In this document: one piece after another, positions 9,841 through 18,990 of the stretch | How positions within the stretch are numbered: the first letter of the stretch is position 1 | Layout of the letters: every line of letters begins with the position of its first letter | Notes under the pieces: generated by a model | The model's input: only the letters and a program-made list of their open reading frames with translations | Database searches by the model: none | Told to the model about the DNA's origin: nothing | Source: Candidatus Saccharimonadota bacterium | GTDB lineage: Bacteria; Patescibacteriota; Saccharimonadia; CAILAD01; BJGX01 | DNA length: 64,000 nucleotides | NCBI GenBank assembly: GCA_046350735.1 | Contig: JAXLZU010000001.1 | Span: forward strand, 574,297-638,296 | Direction: 5' to 3' | Made by a program: the position numbers and the translations under genes

Positions 9841-11661
9841 TTATTTTCGTTTGCGCTTGTTGGGATCGAGTTCTTTTTTGCGCAATCTAAGAGACTTGGG
9901 TGTTACTTCTAAGAGTTCATCATCTTCGATAAAGTCTATACATTCTTCGAGACTAAAAATAGTTGGTGGCATGAGTTGCACTACACCGTCAGAAGAGCTG
10001 GTACGCATGTTAGTAAGTTGTTTACCCTTACACACGTTAATTTCCATATCTTCCTGGCGGTTGTTAAGACCAATTATCTGGCCAGCATAGACTTTTACGC
10101 CAGGGCCAACAAAAGCAATTCCGCGTTCTTCGGCCTTTTGCAAAGCATATGCAGTGGTAGCGCCAGTTTCGAAAGAAATAAGTGCACCATTGCGCAATTG
10201 ACTAAGTGGTGAGCCCATTGGTTGGTATCCAGTCATAAGACTATTCAGTACCGCCTCGCCTTTAGTGCTGGTCATAAGTATTCCTCTTAGACCTAGCAAC
10301 GCTCGGGTTGGTAACTCGTATACCAATTTGGTAACACCTTTTGGGCTAGCAAATTGTTCTTTGAGTGTTGCCCGGCGTTGGCCTAGCTCCATCTGCACCG
10401 CACCAACATACTCGGCCGGCACTTCTACAATAAGTTCTTCTATGGGCTCCATCGTTACGTCATCTTCTTGTTTGGTAACAACTTGTGGACGACCTACCTC
10501 AAACTCGTAGCCCTCACGGCGTAATGTTTCGATAAGTACACTAAGGTGAAGCTCGCCACGACCACTTACTAAAAAGCCTACATCATGTTGTTCTACAAGC
10601 AAACCAACATTGGTTTCGAGTTCTTTTTGCAACCTATCGCCTATTTGGCGTCCGGTAGTAAAGTCGCCTTCTTTGCCTTTTTCTGGGCTAGTGTTGGGGC
10701 CAAGATAAATCTTAAGCGTAGGTGCCTCTACCTCGAGTACTGGTAGAGCCTCGGGTTTTTCGCTATCGGCAATAGTCTCACCAATTTGCGCTTCGCTAAT
10801 ACCGGTTAGTTGCACAATATTACCCGCAATACCAATGGTTGTTTCGGCGGTCTGTAGACCTTTGCTTTCAAAGATATGGTCTATGGCTGCTTTGGCCTGA
10901 GTACCATCCTTTTTGCAAAGTATCACACTATCACCTGGCTTCACTTGCCCTCGGTTAATTCTACCAATAGCATATTTGCCTTTATAACTATCCCAGCGCA
11001 AAGCGGTAACCAGCATTTGGAATGGACCTTCTAGCTCTACTTGTGGAGCGGGTACTTCATGCACAATTGCATCAAAAATTACCGACAAATCACCGGCAAT
11101 GCTTGGGTCGGCCGGAACTTCCTTCCAGGCTTTAGCCTCTCGGCCAATTGCATAATAGATAGGAAAATGTAGTTGGTCTTCGTGTACGGCAAGCTCTAAG
11201 AACAAATCGGCCAGCTCGTTTTCGACATCTTTTATTCTACTACCTGGTTTATCGATTTTGTTTATCACCACAATTGGCTTTAGTCCACCGGCCAAAGCTT
11301 TTTGCAACACAAACTTGGTTTGCGGCATGGGCCCTTCTTGAGCATCCACTAGCAATAGGCAGCCATCGGCCATATTAAGAGTGCGTTCTACCTCTCCAGA
11401 AAAATCAGCATGTCCTGGAGTATCGATAATATTTATACGATAATCGTCGTGCACAATAGCAGTGGTTTTGGCGGTAATTGTAATACCACGCTCGCGTTCT
11501 TGGTCGCCACTATCCATTATGAGTTCTTGGCCCATTTCGGCCTGGTTGTCACGAAACGTTTGCGATTGCTTTAATAGCCCATCTACCAAAGTAGTCTTAC
11601 CATGGTCTACATGAGCAATAATAGCAATATTACGAATTTTTTGGGGGTCTTGAGTAGTCAT
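9841..11661 (-). CDS. typA: Translational GTPase TypA/BipA
   Basis: It has AIIAHVDHGKTTLVD (G1) and DTPGHADF (G3). The likely start is ATG at 11661 (MTTQDP...), 60 nt inside the track ORF. It is convergent with trxB with no spacer. Confidence 0.9.
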   Translation of the reverse strand: MTTQDPQKIRNIAIIAHVDHGKTTLVDGLLKQSQTFRDNQAEMGQELIMDSGDQERERGITITAKTTAIVHDDYRINIIDTPGHADFSGEVERTLNMADGCLLLVDAQEGPMPQTKFVLQKALAGGLKPIVVINKIDKPGSRIKDVENELADLFLELAVHEDQLHFPIYYAIGREAKAWKEVPADPSIAGDLSVIFDAIVHEVPAPQVELEGPFQMLVTALRWDSYKGKYAIGRINRGQVKPGDSVILCKKDGTQAKAAIDHIFESKGLQTAETTIGIAGNIVQLTGISEAQIGETIADSEKPEALPVLEVEAPTLKIYLGPNTSPEKGKEGDFTTGRQIGDRLQKELETNVGLLVEQHDVGFLVSGRGELHLSVLIETLRREGYEFEVGRPQVVTKQEDDVTMEPIEELIVEVPAEYVGAVQMELGQRRATLKEQFASPKGVTKLVYELPTRALLGLRGILMTSTKGEAVLNSLMTGYQPMGSPLSQLRNGALISFETGATTAYALQKAEERGIAFVGPGVKVYAGQIIGLNNRQEDMEINVCKGKQLTNMRTSSSDGVVQLMPPTIFSLEECIDFIEDDELLEVTPKSLRLRKKELDPNKRKRK

Positions 11662-11781
11662 AATGTCCTTATATATAGAGTAAAAATAATAGCGCTTCGG
11701 TCTCAGGTGTGCTGATACCAAAGCGCTATCAATACAAAACTAATTATAGCATAGTTATGCGTAGATTACAATATACTTCTG

Positions 11782-12039
11782 TTACAAACCAAGTATTTGT
11801 TTTTTCTTAGCATCAAACTCTTCTTGAGTAAGAATACCCTCGTCTTTTAGCTGACCAAGCTTCTCGAGCTGAGCAATCTGATCGTCTTGGCTTGGCTGAG
11901 CAGGTGCAGCTTCTACGGCCTGTGCTTGTTCTTGTGCACCCCAACGCTGAGCCTGTCTACGACTAACATTATTTGATACCGCGGTGGCAGTACCGGCAAT
12001 TACGGCTGTTCGGGCCATTCCTCGTAATAATCCTGGCAT
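11782..12039 (-). CDS. Small SHOCT-domain protein
   Basis: The C-terminus LEKLGQLKDEGILTQEEFDAKKKQILGL matches the SHOCT consensus. Confidence 0.5.
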   Translation of the reverse strand: MPGLLRGMARTAVIAGTATAVSNNVSRRQAQRWGAQEQAQAVEAAPAQPSQDDQIAQLEKLGQLKDEGILTQEEFDAKKKQILGL

Positions 12040-12041
12040 TG

Positions 12042-12458
12042 TTATTCTCCTTTAGTATTTAATTCTTTTTCGGCATCTGGGTGAATGCGACCTTCGGCAA
12101 TCAACTCTCCACCGGCATCAATAATGGCTTTCTTTAGCCCTTTTGCCCAAAGGTGCTCTATTACCAATAGCCCAGCTGAGCTACCGTTCTCTAATAAATC
12201 CGCAACTTCGGCAATATCATCATCAGAAATCATGCCCGAGCTGATATTTTTGGCTTTGGCAAATTCTGCAATTACTGTGTCGTCAATTTGGCTCAGCTCG
12301 AGTGAAGTTACCTCGCCTTTAGCGTCTTTCATTACCAAAGCAAGATCGAGCACAGCTATAGTGCCGTCGCTAGTGGCTTTTTCGAGCGCCTTTAGAATAT
12401 CACCATTAAATTTGTTTTCTTTAAACCCGACAATAATAAAATCGATTGGTCCACGCAT
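12042..12458 (-). CDS. Hypothetical protein, possibly a NifX/NifB-like cofactor-binding fold
   Basis: The ORF starts with MRGPIDFIIVGF... The segment WAKGLKKAIIDAGGELIAEG weakly resembles the dinitrogenase FeMo-cofactor-binding fold. The family is not certain. Confidence 0.35.
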   Translation of the reverse strand: MRGPIDFIIVGFKENKFNGDILKALEKATSDGTIAVLDLALVMKDAKGEVTSLELSQIDDTVIAEFAKAKNISSGMISDDDIAEVADLLENGSSAGLLVIEHLWAKGLKKAIIDAGGELIAEGRIHPDAEKELNTKGE

Positions 12459-12514
12459 AAATTTCTCCTTTACGTTTATTCTAATATTATACCAGAGCAC
12501 ACTATCTATATGGT

Positions 12515-12552
12515 ATAAAAAAGACCTTTATCAATGTTGATAAAGGTCGTAA
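12515..12552 (-). terminator. Rho-independent terminator for gene 12561..13217
   Basis: There is a perfect palindrome gacctttatcaa/ttgataaaggtc at 12523..12548, followed on the minus strand by a TTTTTT run. Confidence 0.6.
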
Positions 12553-12560
12553 CGCAACAA

Positions 12561-13217
12561 TTAGAGAAGCTCTTGATTAACTAAGGCAAACCAAGCGGGA
12601 TGACTTAAGCCCATATCATAAATTGCAATAGTAGCAGTTTCATGAATCGAAAAACCAGGCACGTCACTCAATTTTTCACTCATAATTTTGTGGTTAGCAA
12701 TTGCAAAAAGCAATGATATACCACTTTCATCAAGTGGCATATTGTACCCATTTTCGTACAAAAATTCGAGATATGAGTTAGCTAAATTTCTCACCTGTTG
12801 ACTTAATTGCCGCTCAAGTGCTAGCTCTTCTTCAATTTCAGCAAGAAGTTCTTGCATATCAGCATCAGTTACAATCCCTGCACCAGAAAATTCTAGTTCT
12901 ACTAGATCTAGCCAGGGCCCGAAATTGAAATGTGTTCCAATAAGAAGCTTTTGAGCTTCTCTTTTTGGGTTAGGGTGTGGAAGCATAGACGTAATCAATT
13001 TCATTCCGGCCAAAGCATTACAGATTGTTGTGTTTTTCTCACGCTCAATAACTAGTTCTAGCGGCAAATCTGGGTTACTATCAAAATGAATACCATGACC
13101 GGCTAAAAATAGTTGATACTTACTACACAAATCTACATACTCAGTCTGATTAGCAACTCTATTTTGCAACTGCTGAAGACTCGCTTCAAACTCATCATCA
13201 TCTACTGGCATATGCAC
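12561..13217 (-). CDS. Hypothetical protein (218 aa)
   Basis: It is a long ORF with unbiased composition and no recognisable motif. Confidence 0.4.
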   Translation of the reverse strand: MHMPVDDDEFEASLQQLQNRVANQTEYVDLCSKYQLFLAGHGIHFDSNPDLPLELVIEREKNTTICNALAGMKLITSMLPHPNPKREAQKLLIGTHFNFGPWLDLVELEFSGAGIVTDADMQELLAEIEEELALERQLSQQVRNLANSYLEFLYENGYNMPLDESGISLLFAIANHKIMSEKLSDVPGFSIHETATIAIYDMGLSHPAWFALVNQELL

Positions 13218-13284
13218 TCCTCTAGGTTGGAAGGTACGAAAAAAGTAGTGATACTATATCATAAATTAATGTTTGGTACAAGCA

Positions 13285-14907
13285 TTATAGATTTGGTTCT
13301 AGAGCATTTGGCCCTGGCTTCACCTTGGGTAGCTTAACTGTTGCTACTAAGCCCAGAAGACTCAAAACACCAAACAACAAGAATACTCTACTTAGAGCCG
13401 TTTGCCTGGCCTGAGCATTAATTTCTACCACTTCGTTTGAGAGATCTGGCGGCAAGCTAGCTGTAGCCGCTTCTACTTGTGCATTAGAAGCAATTTGGGC
13501 ATTTTGCTGATACGCCGCAGTAAGTTGAGCCTTTTGGGTATCATTTAGTTGCGTATTTTGGTTAATGAGCTGAGTACTCACCCCAAGAAGAGAGATAATA
13601 AGCAACACACCGCTAAGTGCGGTACCAAGACTCATACCAAGATTCTGAAACGTTGCCATGAGCCCCGATGTTTCTGAAGCATCTTTTAGCTCTACCGAGC
13701 TTTGTACCAAGTTTTGCAACTGCGACATAATAATACCAATACCTGCACCGGCTACCGCAATGCCAGGAACCAACGCCCAGCCAGAAGTTGCGTTCTTGCC
13801 AAATAATCCTAGTAAGACAGCGCCAATAAATACCAAAATAAAACCACCTCGTACAATATAGCGTGGTGCAAACTTGGCTGCCATTATGGCACCCCGGCTA
13901 GCCAAAATCATAATCATTATTGACATTGGCAACAATGTAAGACCAGACAGAATAGCACTATACCCTAAGTTAACCTGGGTGTAGAGTGCCATAGCATACA
14001 TGGTGCCACCCATTATTAAATAGAGAGTTAAAATAGAGCCAAGGCCAGACTGCACTATTTGGTTGCCAAACAATCGTAAGTGTACCAGTACGTCTTTTTT
14101 GGCTTTTTGACGATGTATCTCCCACAGTACAAATATTCCAAGTATTACCAGCCCTCCCAACACAAACAGGATAGATGGCGAAACTTGCCCGGCCTGCAGC
14201 ACAACGTCGTTACCTATAGAAAATGGTACTCGTGCCCTAAAGAACCCATAGGTATTAGCGAGCAATATACCTTGCACAATTACAAACATACCTGCAGCGG
14301 TTAGGCCAGCACCCAGCCAGTCGAGCTTGGGCTTTTTACCTACTAAGTGAGCATCTTGAATAGTCTTATTATTTATAAGAATAAACAGCACAATTAGTAC
14401 TTCGCCGGCAAATACATATCGCCAACTGGCATATGTAGTGAGCAAACCACCAATAATTGGCCCGATTGCAGCACCTATAGCGGCCATCGCCGCCAAGTTG
14501 CCATAGGCTTTTACCCGTTTGGGGCCTTTCTCGAAGTTAGCCGAAATAAGCGAGATCATCGCTGGCACCACTAATGCTGCACCCAACCCTTCTAAAAACG
14601 ACCAGCCAAAGGTAAGCACCTGAATATTTGGAGCCAGCGAGGTAATAAGCGAGCCAGTACCATAAATACACAGACCAATAATAAAGGCTTTTTTGCGGCC
14701 AATAATATCACCAATTTTTGCCCCAGCTATCATAAAGGCCGCCATTACCAAGGTATAGAAGGCTATTGCGCTCTGTACGGCACCAACAGTAGTATTAAGG
14801 TCTTTTACAAGCGTGCTTATACTGACGTTCATTACCGTCGAGTCGAGCGTAAGTATTAGCTGCGCCATAGCCAATAATAATAGTACTTTTTTCTCTAGTG
14901 GCTTCAT
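13285..14907 (-). CDS. MFS transporter, DHA2 (EmrB/QacA-like, 14-TM) family
   Basis: It has many TM segments and typical MFS motifs (GxxxDxxGRK-like IGDIIGRKKA). Confidence 0.8.
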   Translation of the reverse strand: MKPLEKKVLLLLAMAQLILTLDSTVMNVSISTLVKDLNTTVGAVQSAIAFYTLVMAAFMIAGAKIGDIIGRKKAFIIGLCIYGTGSLITSLAPNIQVLTFGWSFLEGLGAALVVPAMISLISANFEKGPKRVKAYGNLAAMAAIGAAIGPIIGGLLTTYASWRYVFAGEVLIVLFILINNKTIQDAHLVGKKPKLDWLGAGLTAAGMFVIVQGILLANTYGFFRARVPFSIGNDVVLQAGQVSPSILFVLGGLVILGIFVLWEIHRQKAKKDVLVHLRLFGNQIVQSGLGSILTLYLIMGGTMYAMALYTQVNLGYSAILSGLTLLPMSIMIMILASRGAIMAAKFAPRYIVRGGFILVFIGAVLLGLFGKNATSGWALVPGIAVAGAGIGIIMSQLQNLVQSSVELKDASETSGLMATFQNLGMSLGTALSGVLLIISLLGVSTQLINQNTQLNDTQKAQLTAAYQQNAQIASNAQVEAATASLPPDLSNEVVEINAQARQTALSRVFLLFGVLSLLGLVATVKLPKVKPGPNALEPNL

Positions 14908-14955
14908 ATTCTTATAGTATACCAGATATCAAATAATTTTTACCAGATACATTAC

Positions 14956-15723
14956 CTATGGTCTTAGCGTACCGGCAAATACTTGCCAGGCCAGAGCCGA
15001 CTTAGCTACCAAGCTAAGAATAATGTATACTCGCTCGCCAAAAAGGTAGTTCTTCCATGGTCCCCACTTTTTGTATTGCAAGAACATATTGAGAGCAAAG
15101 CAGTTAAAGAAGATAAAGATACTTACATATATCCAGTAGACAAAGGTTGGAATCTGTCCGCTTCCATACGCCGAGCTAGCCCAGAACGACAAACCAATTA
15201 CTACCCATGGCACAATACCAGCAATACAGCCCACAATATAACTTATCCATTTGGTCTTCTGAGTAGTCTGATTATGAATTTCCATAACAAGACCGCAGAG
15301 GTTCATAACAGCTACCAAACTAAAGAGCATTATAAGGCTTCCGAGGTCGTAAATACCTACTAGCATAGCAATAGCCACTATCATGGTAGAGGCTGAGACA
15401 CTGTATTCTATCCATCGTGCCCTATTCATACCCTTGCTAAGGTCTTTTTTGTACTTGGGGTACCAAATAGTAGATATTATTAGATGCGCTGTCATACTCA
15501 TCAGTAAGAAGCCAATTATCAACCAAGCAAGTGGTAAATTATAGATTACCTTGGTGGCCGGCTCTAGGCTCTGAGTGAGCCGATTAAATGTTAGGTAACT
15601 TACCGATACCGGTAGGGTAAATTTCTTGGCCAGTAACCACATGGCTAGGGCTTGCAAGCCAAATATTGGCACCATTATGGCATTAAATTTACGTAAGCTT
15701 TCTGCAGTAATCTTCTTACTCAT
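14956..15723 (-). CDS. Heliorhodopsin (7-TM retinal-binding photoreceptor)
   Basis: It is 255 aa with 7 TM helices. RWIEYSVSASTMIVAIAML (TM3 with Glu counterion), CIAGIVPWVVIGL and GERVYIILSLVAKSALAWQVF (TM7 with Schiff-base Lys) match the heliorhodopsin signature as I remember it from 48C12. Confidence 0.75.
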   Translation of the reverse strand: MSKKITAESLRKFNAIMVPIFGLQALAMWLLAKKFTLPVSVSYLTFNRLTQSLEPATKVIYNLPLAWLIIGFLLMSMTAHLIISTIWYPKYKKDLSKGMNRARWIEYSVSASTMIVAIAMLVGIYDLGSLIMLFSLVAVMNLCGLVMEIHNQTTQKTKWISYIVGCIAGIVPWVVIGLSFWASSAYGSGQIPTFVYWIYVSIFIFFNCFALNMFLQYKKWGPWKNYLFGERVYIILSLVAKSALAWQVFAGTLRP

Positions 15724-15762
15724 GGCTGTCCTTTTTATATTAATTCTTATGCTTATTATAGC

Positions 15763-16263
15763 CTATAGTGTTCGACTATCATAGGCCCAATGCAACAATG
15801 CCTGGCGCTGCACCGGACGGCAATTGAGCTCGCCAATAGGACAGGCTTTTTGTAGTTGCACCACATGCCGGCGAATATTGCGCCAGCGCCCAATTTGCCA
15901 GGCATCGTATTCTGGAATACGTCGTCCCATATAATAGCGGCAATACCACTGAAACCATCCTCTTGGGTCGTACTCTTCGCGTATCCACCCTTTCTCGAGC
16001 CACACCTGTCTTGGCTGGCTGGCTTTAACACCAAAGTAATTAAGATCTTTATTATAGGTTTTACTCAGCTTAGCCTTAGCCCACCAGCTCTTTGGCAAAT
16101 CACTCGGTGTATCGGCAAAATACTCGCCACCAAATACACCTAGCTCTAACATCTCTTTTGGCGTTAGCTGTGGCATAAACTCGGCAGCAAAGTTTTTGCC
16201 TTCTGGCTCGCTTAGGGTATACCGAAACTCTCCAAATTTGTCCGTGCCCTCAATGTGCTTCAT
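15763..16263 (-). CDS. Conserved hypothetical protein (166 aa) with a Trp/Arg-rich motif
   Basis: It carries YFGVKASQ...GWIREEYDPRGWFQWYCRYYMGRR...WRNIRRH. It looks like a conserved domain but I cannot name it. Confidence 0.4.
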   Translation of the reverse strand: MKHIEGTDKFGEFRYTLSEPEGKNFAAEFMPQLTPKEMLELGVFGGEYFADTPSDLPKSWWAKAKLSKTYNKDLNYFGVKASQPRQVWLEKGWIREEYDPRGWFQWYCRYYMGRRIPEYDAWQIGRWRNIRRHVVQLQKACPIGELNCRPVQRQALLHWAYDSRTL

Positions 16264-16820
16264 GTACGTAAGCCTTTATAAAACTGTCGAAACGCCGGAT
16301 TCTTTTCGAGCAAGCCAGTTTCTTCTACACACCATTCCGAATACGCATTTGGCTGTTTTACTTCTGCCACAAAATCAGCCCAATCTACCCAGCGAGTGGC
16401 TGCTACTTCGTCAGCATTCGCTTTTGGCTTGGCATCTGTTTGTACTACAAATACCGGGCAAAATTCGTGTTCTACTACCCCCTTGTGCTCATAGCGATAC
16501 ATATAGCTTGGTTCAAAAACAATAATGTCTTTGCTATTAAGTGCTATACCAAGTTCGTAGTTGGCTCGGCGCACCGCCGCAGCCTGCGCAGTTTCTGCCT
16601 TTGCTGGGTGACCACATACCGAATTACTCCAAACACCTGGCCACGTCTTTTTACTCATAGCGCGTTGCTGCAAGAGCAACTGCCCTCGCGAATTAAAAAT
16701 AAATAGCGAAAACCCTCTGTGCAGTGGTGTATCATTGGTGTGCACAGTGGCTTTGTCGGCCAAGCCGAGTTCTCTATTTTGAGCATCTACCAAAACTACT
16801 TGTTCTTTTGGTGCTTTCAT
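16260..16820 (-). CDS. idi: Isopentenyl-diphosphate delta-isomerase, type 1 (Nudix fold)
   Basis: LHRGFSLFIFNSRGQLLLQQRAMSKKTWPGVWSNSVCGHP ... EHEFCPVFV matches the Idi-1 active-site region. Confidence 0.85.
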   Translation of the reverse strand: MKAPKEQVVLVDAQNRELGLADKATVHTNDTPLHRGFSLFIFNSRGQLLLQQRAMSKKTWPGVWSNSVCGHPAKAETAQAAAVRRANYELGIALNSKDIIVFEPSYMYRYEHKGVVEHEFCPVFVVQTDAKPKANADEVAATRWVDWADFVAEVKQPNAYSEWCVEETGLLEKNPAFRQFYKGLRT

Positions 16821-16925
16821 ATTTTTTTAGTATAGCATGTATACTACCTAGTTGATGGTTAAATAATATTGCCAATATATACCATATATGCTATAGTACC
16901 TCGAGTTGTACCTAGAGGAGATGAG

Positions 16926-17420
16926 ATGGACGAAGAAGAACCAGAAGAATTAACATTTACTGATATCATTGAGTCGTGCTTCTTTAATGTCGTTATCGAT
17001 TTTCCAAACAAACTTCTACCAAGAATTCGTATTTTTACCTACGAAGACGATGACGACGGCGTAAAGGTTCCGTTTTTGCTTTATCAGATGGGCGAAGAAC
17101 TCAACAGCAAATTTGCGCTAAGCCGTCCTCATCTACTATCGTCGGCTCAAGCACGACGGTACGAAAGCGCCGCACAGCCAGTGAGTGAGTTAGCACTTGG
17201 TGTAGCATCTGCTGCAACCATTGTCTATGAGTGGGCCGAAAAGTTCGAGCAAATCATTGGCGAGCCGTTGTTTCCTACACCAATATCAATTTCTCATATG
17301 GTTATCAACAACGTTATGGCAGAAATGTGCTTTGCTCATGGTATTTTCTACGTCAAACGCAACCTTAGTGTTACCGTCACAAAACCCGAAGAAGAATACC
17401 GCCCTGGTATTTACCTCTAA
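16926..17420 (+). CDS. Hypothetical protein with an acidic N-terminus
   Basis: The preferred start is ATG 16926 (MDEEEPEE...), preceded by AGGAG at a 7-nt spacing. There is no recognisable domain. Confidence 0.4.
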   Translation: MDEEEPEELTFTDIIESCFFNVVIDFPNKLLPRIRIFTYEDDDDGVKVPFLLYQMGEELNSKFALSRPHLLSSAQARRYESAAQPVSELALGVASAATIVYEWAEKFEQIIGEPLFPTPISISHMVINNVMAEMCFAHGIFYVKRNLSVTVTKPEEEYRPGIYL

Positions 17421-17428
17421 CCATAACT

Positions 17429-17452
17429 TCCCCCGCCACCGGCGGGGTTTTT
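17429..17452 (+). terminator. Rho-independent terminator
   Basis: The stem cccgcc/ggcggg with loop acc is followed by TTTTT immediately after the stop at 17420. Confidence 0.7.
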
Positions 17453-17481
17453 ACATATCTTTTAGCTTGCGCAAAGCGCTA

Positions 17482-17898
17482 ATGTTTGCCACCATAGTAG
17501 GTATGAACAATAGCCTTGGCATGGTACAAAAGATTGGCGCCCTAGTAGATTTATTAGGAGCTATTACTATCGCTCTTGGCATTCTTATCTCTACTCTTGC
17601 CGTGGTATGGCACTTTATACGCCGCATGCGCGGCGAAAAACTCTACGATGGGTACCGCAAAGACCTGGCCCGCTCTATTTTGCTTGGCTTAGAGTTTTTG
17701 GTAGCTGGCGATATTATTCGCACCGTATCTAGCCAAGTAAGTATTGCCAGTGTGGTAGCACTAGCCGGCATTGTAGCTATACGATCGTTCTTGGGTATGG
17801 AGTTTGAGATGGAGCTAACCGGCAAGTGGCCATGGCAGCGCAAGATTACCAAAGTAAAGAGACGCAAAAAGCCAGTTGCTAAGAAGAAGCGTCGCTAA
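17482..17898 (+). CDS. DUF1622-like small membrane protein with a Lys/Arg-rich C-terminal tail
   Basis: It has two TM helices (GALVDLLGAITIALGILISTLAVVWHFI...) and a KVKRRKKPVAKKKRR tail. The upstream part of the track ORF lies in the terminator region, so the start is placed at ATG 17482. Confidence 0.45.
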   Translation: MFATIVGMNNSLGMVQKIGALVDLLGAITIALGILISTLAVVWHFIRRMRGEKLYDGYRKDLARSILLGLEFLVAGDIIRTVSSQVSIASVVALAGIVAIRSFLGMEFEMELTGKWPWQRKITKVKRRKKPVAKKKRR

Positions 17899-17901
17899 GC
17901 C

Positions 17902-18282
17902 TTAGTGACTTGCATGCTCGGCTTCGGCAGCTTCGGCATCGGCCTTGGTTGCGTGTACTGTGCCGGCAGGATGATGTGGTGGGCTATAAGTAGTAATTAT
18001 CTTCATTGGCGCATCGCCTACGGTAGTAAAGTTGTGCTCGGTGCCAGCTGGTACTAGCACAGCATCGCCTTCGTTAAACTCACTTTTTTCGCCATTTAGC
18101 ACTACTTCACCTTTACCACTAACAAGGTAGAGAACTTGGTCGTTATCTGGGTGGGTCTCGAGGCCAATATCTTCGCCCGGATTAATATGCATTACCACTA
18201 TCTGCGTGTGCTTACCATTAGCCAATACTGTACGAAACGTTGTGTTGTTAAGAGCTTGTTGTTTGAGATCTTTAAGATGCAT
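17902..18282 (-). CDS. Cupin-domain protein
   Basis: It carries the cupin motifs G(x)5HxH-like GEDIGLETHPDNDQVLYLVSGKG ... GDAVLVPAGTEHNF. Confidence 0.65.
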   Translation of the reverse strand: MHLKDLKQQALNNTTFRTVLANGKHTQIVVMHINPGEDIGLETHPDNDQVLYLVSGKGEVVLNGEKSEFNEGDAVLVPAGTEHNFTTVGDAPMKIITTYSPPHHPAGTVHATKADAEAAEAEHASH

Positions 18283-18360
18283 ACTACTTCTCCTTGTTTA
18301 TAGTTCTATTATACACCCCGTATCAGTTGTATAGCGAATTGGCTAACTAATACAAGAAAA

Positions 18361-18990
18361 CTATTCTATATTTTTTGAGGACTCAAAAATTTTAGAAACT
18401 AAACTTTTTCGTGCGTAAAATGCCCGACTAACGGAACCGTGTCCTGGTCCTTTAGTCCTAGCCTGAATCCATTTACCATCCCTACCTGTTAACGATTCGA
18501 AACCCTGTTTAAGTAATTTATTTCTAATAAACTCATAATCTTCTTGGATTTCCTTAATCAAGTCATCATCCTCTAAAAAATCCATACTAGTCACATCTAA
18601 CAAGATTGAATCTTCAGCATTTTTACCTGTCCACTCTACCGCACAAAAAACTAATGATTTTAACTTTGCCCAGCAGTGACTATCAAAAAAGGGATCAGTT
18701 GCAAGTTCAGAGGGATTAATCATAGTTATAGCCATAGTTTCTTTCGGCACAAGCTTACCTTTTACCCTGTAGAAGCTGACAGATTTTAATTCATAAGATA
18801 GGCCATTTGGTGCTTTATGCGAATTATTTGTTAAACCTGCCAATCTTTCAAGTACAAGTCCTTTCCAGCCTTTATTCTGATTTCCGGTTTCGAAAGTAGT
18901 AATACCTAATTCTAGAGCTAATTCTCTGAGATTTTGATTTATATACTTTCTAAGATTTTCAATCGCAACTGTACGAGTGACAATTTTCAT
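18361..18990 (-). CDS. Type II restriction endonuclease, MutH/Sau3AI family (probably GATC-specific)
   Basis: NQNKGWKGLVLERLAG...LSYELKSV aligns with the MutH core KGWIGVLLEIWLG...GVELKT. It overlaps the adjacent methyltransferase by 4 nt. Confidence 0.65.
   Translation of the reverse strand: MKIVTRTVAIENLRKYINQNLRELALELGITTFETGNQNKGWKGLVLERLAGLTNNSHKAPNGLSYELKSVSFYRVKGKLVPKETMAITMINPSELATDPFFDSHCWAKLKSLVFCAVEWTGKNAEDSILLDVTSMDFLEDDDLIKEIQEDYEFIRNKLLKQGFESLTGRDGKWIQARTKGPGHGSVSRAFYARKSLVSKIFESSKNIE

Noticed and set aside
15756-16143. Overlapping small ORFs on both strands inside the 166-aa conserved hypothetical gene
   Set aside because: They are shorter shadow frames. The 15763..16263 frame has the convincing conserved-looking motif.
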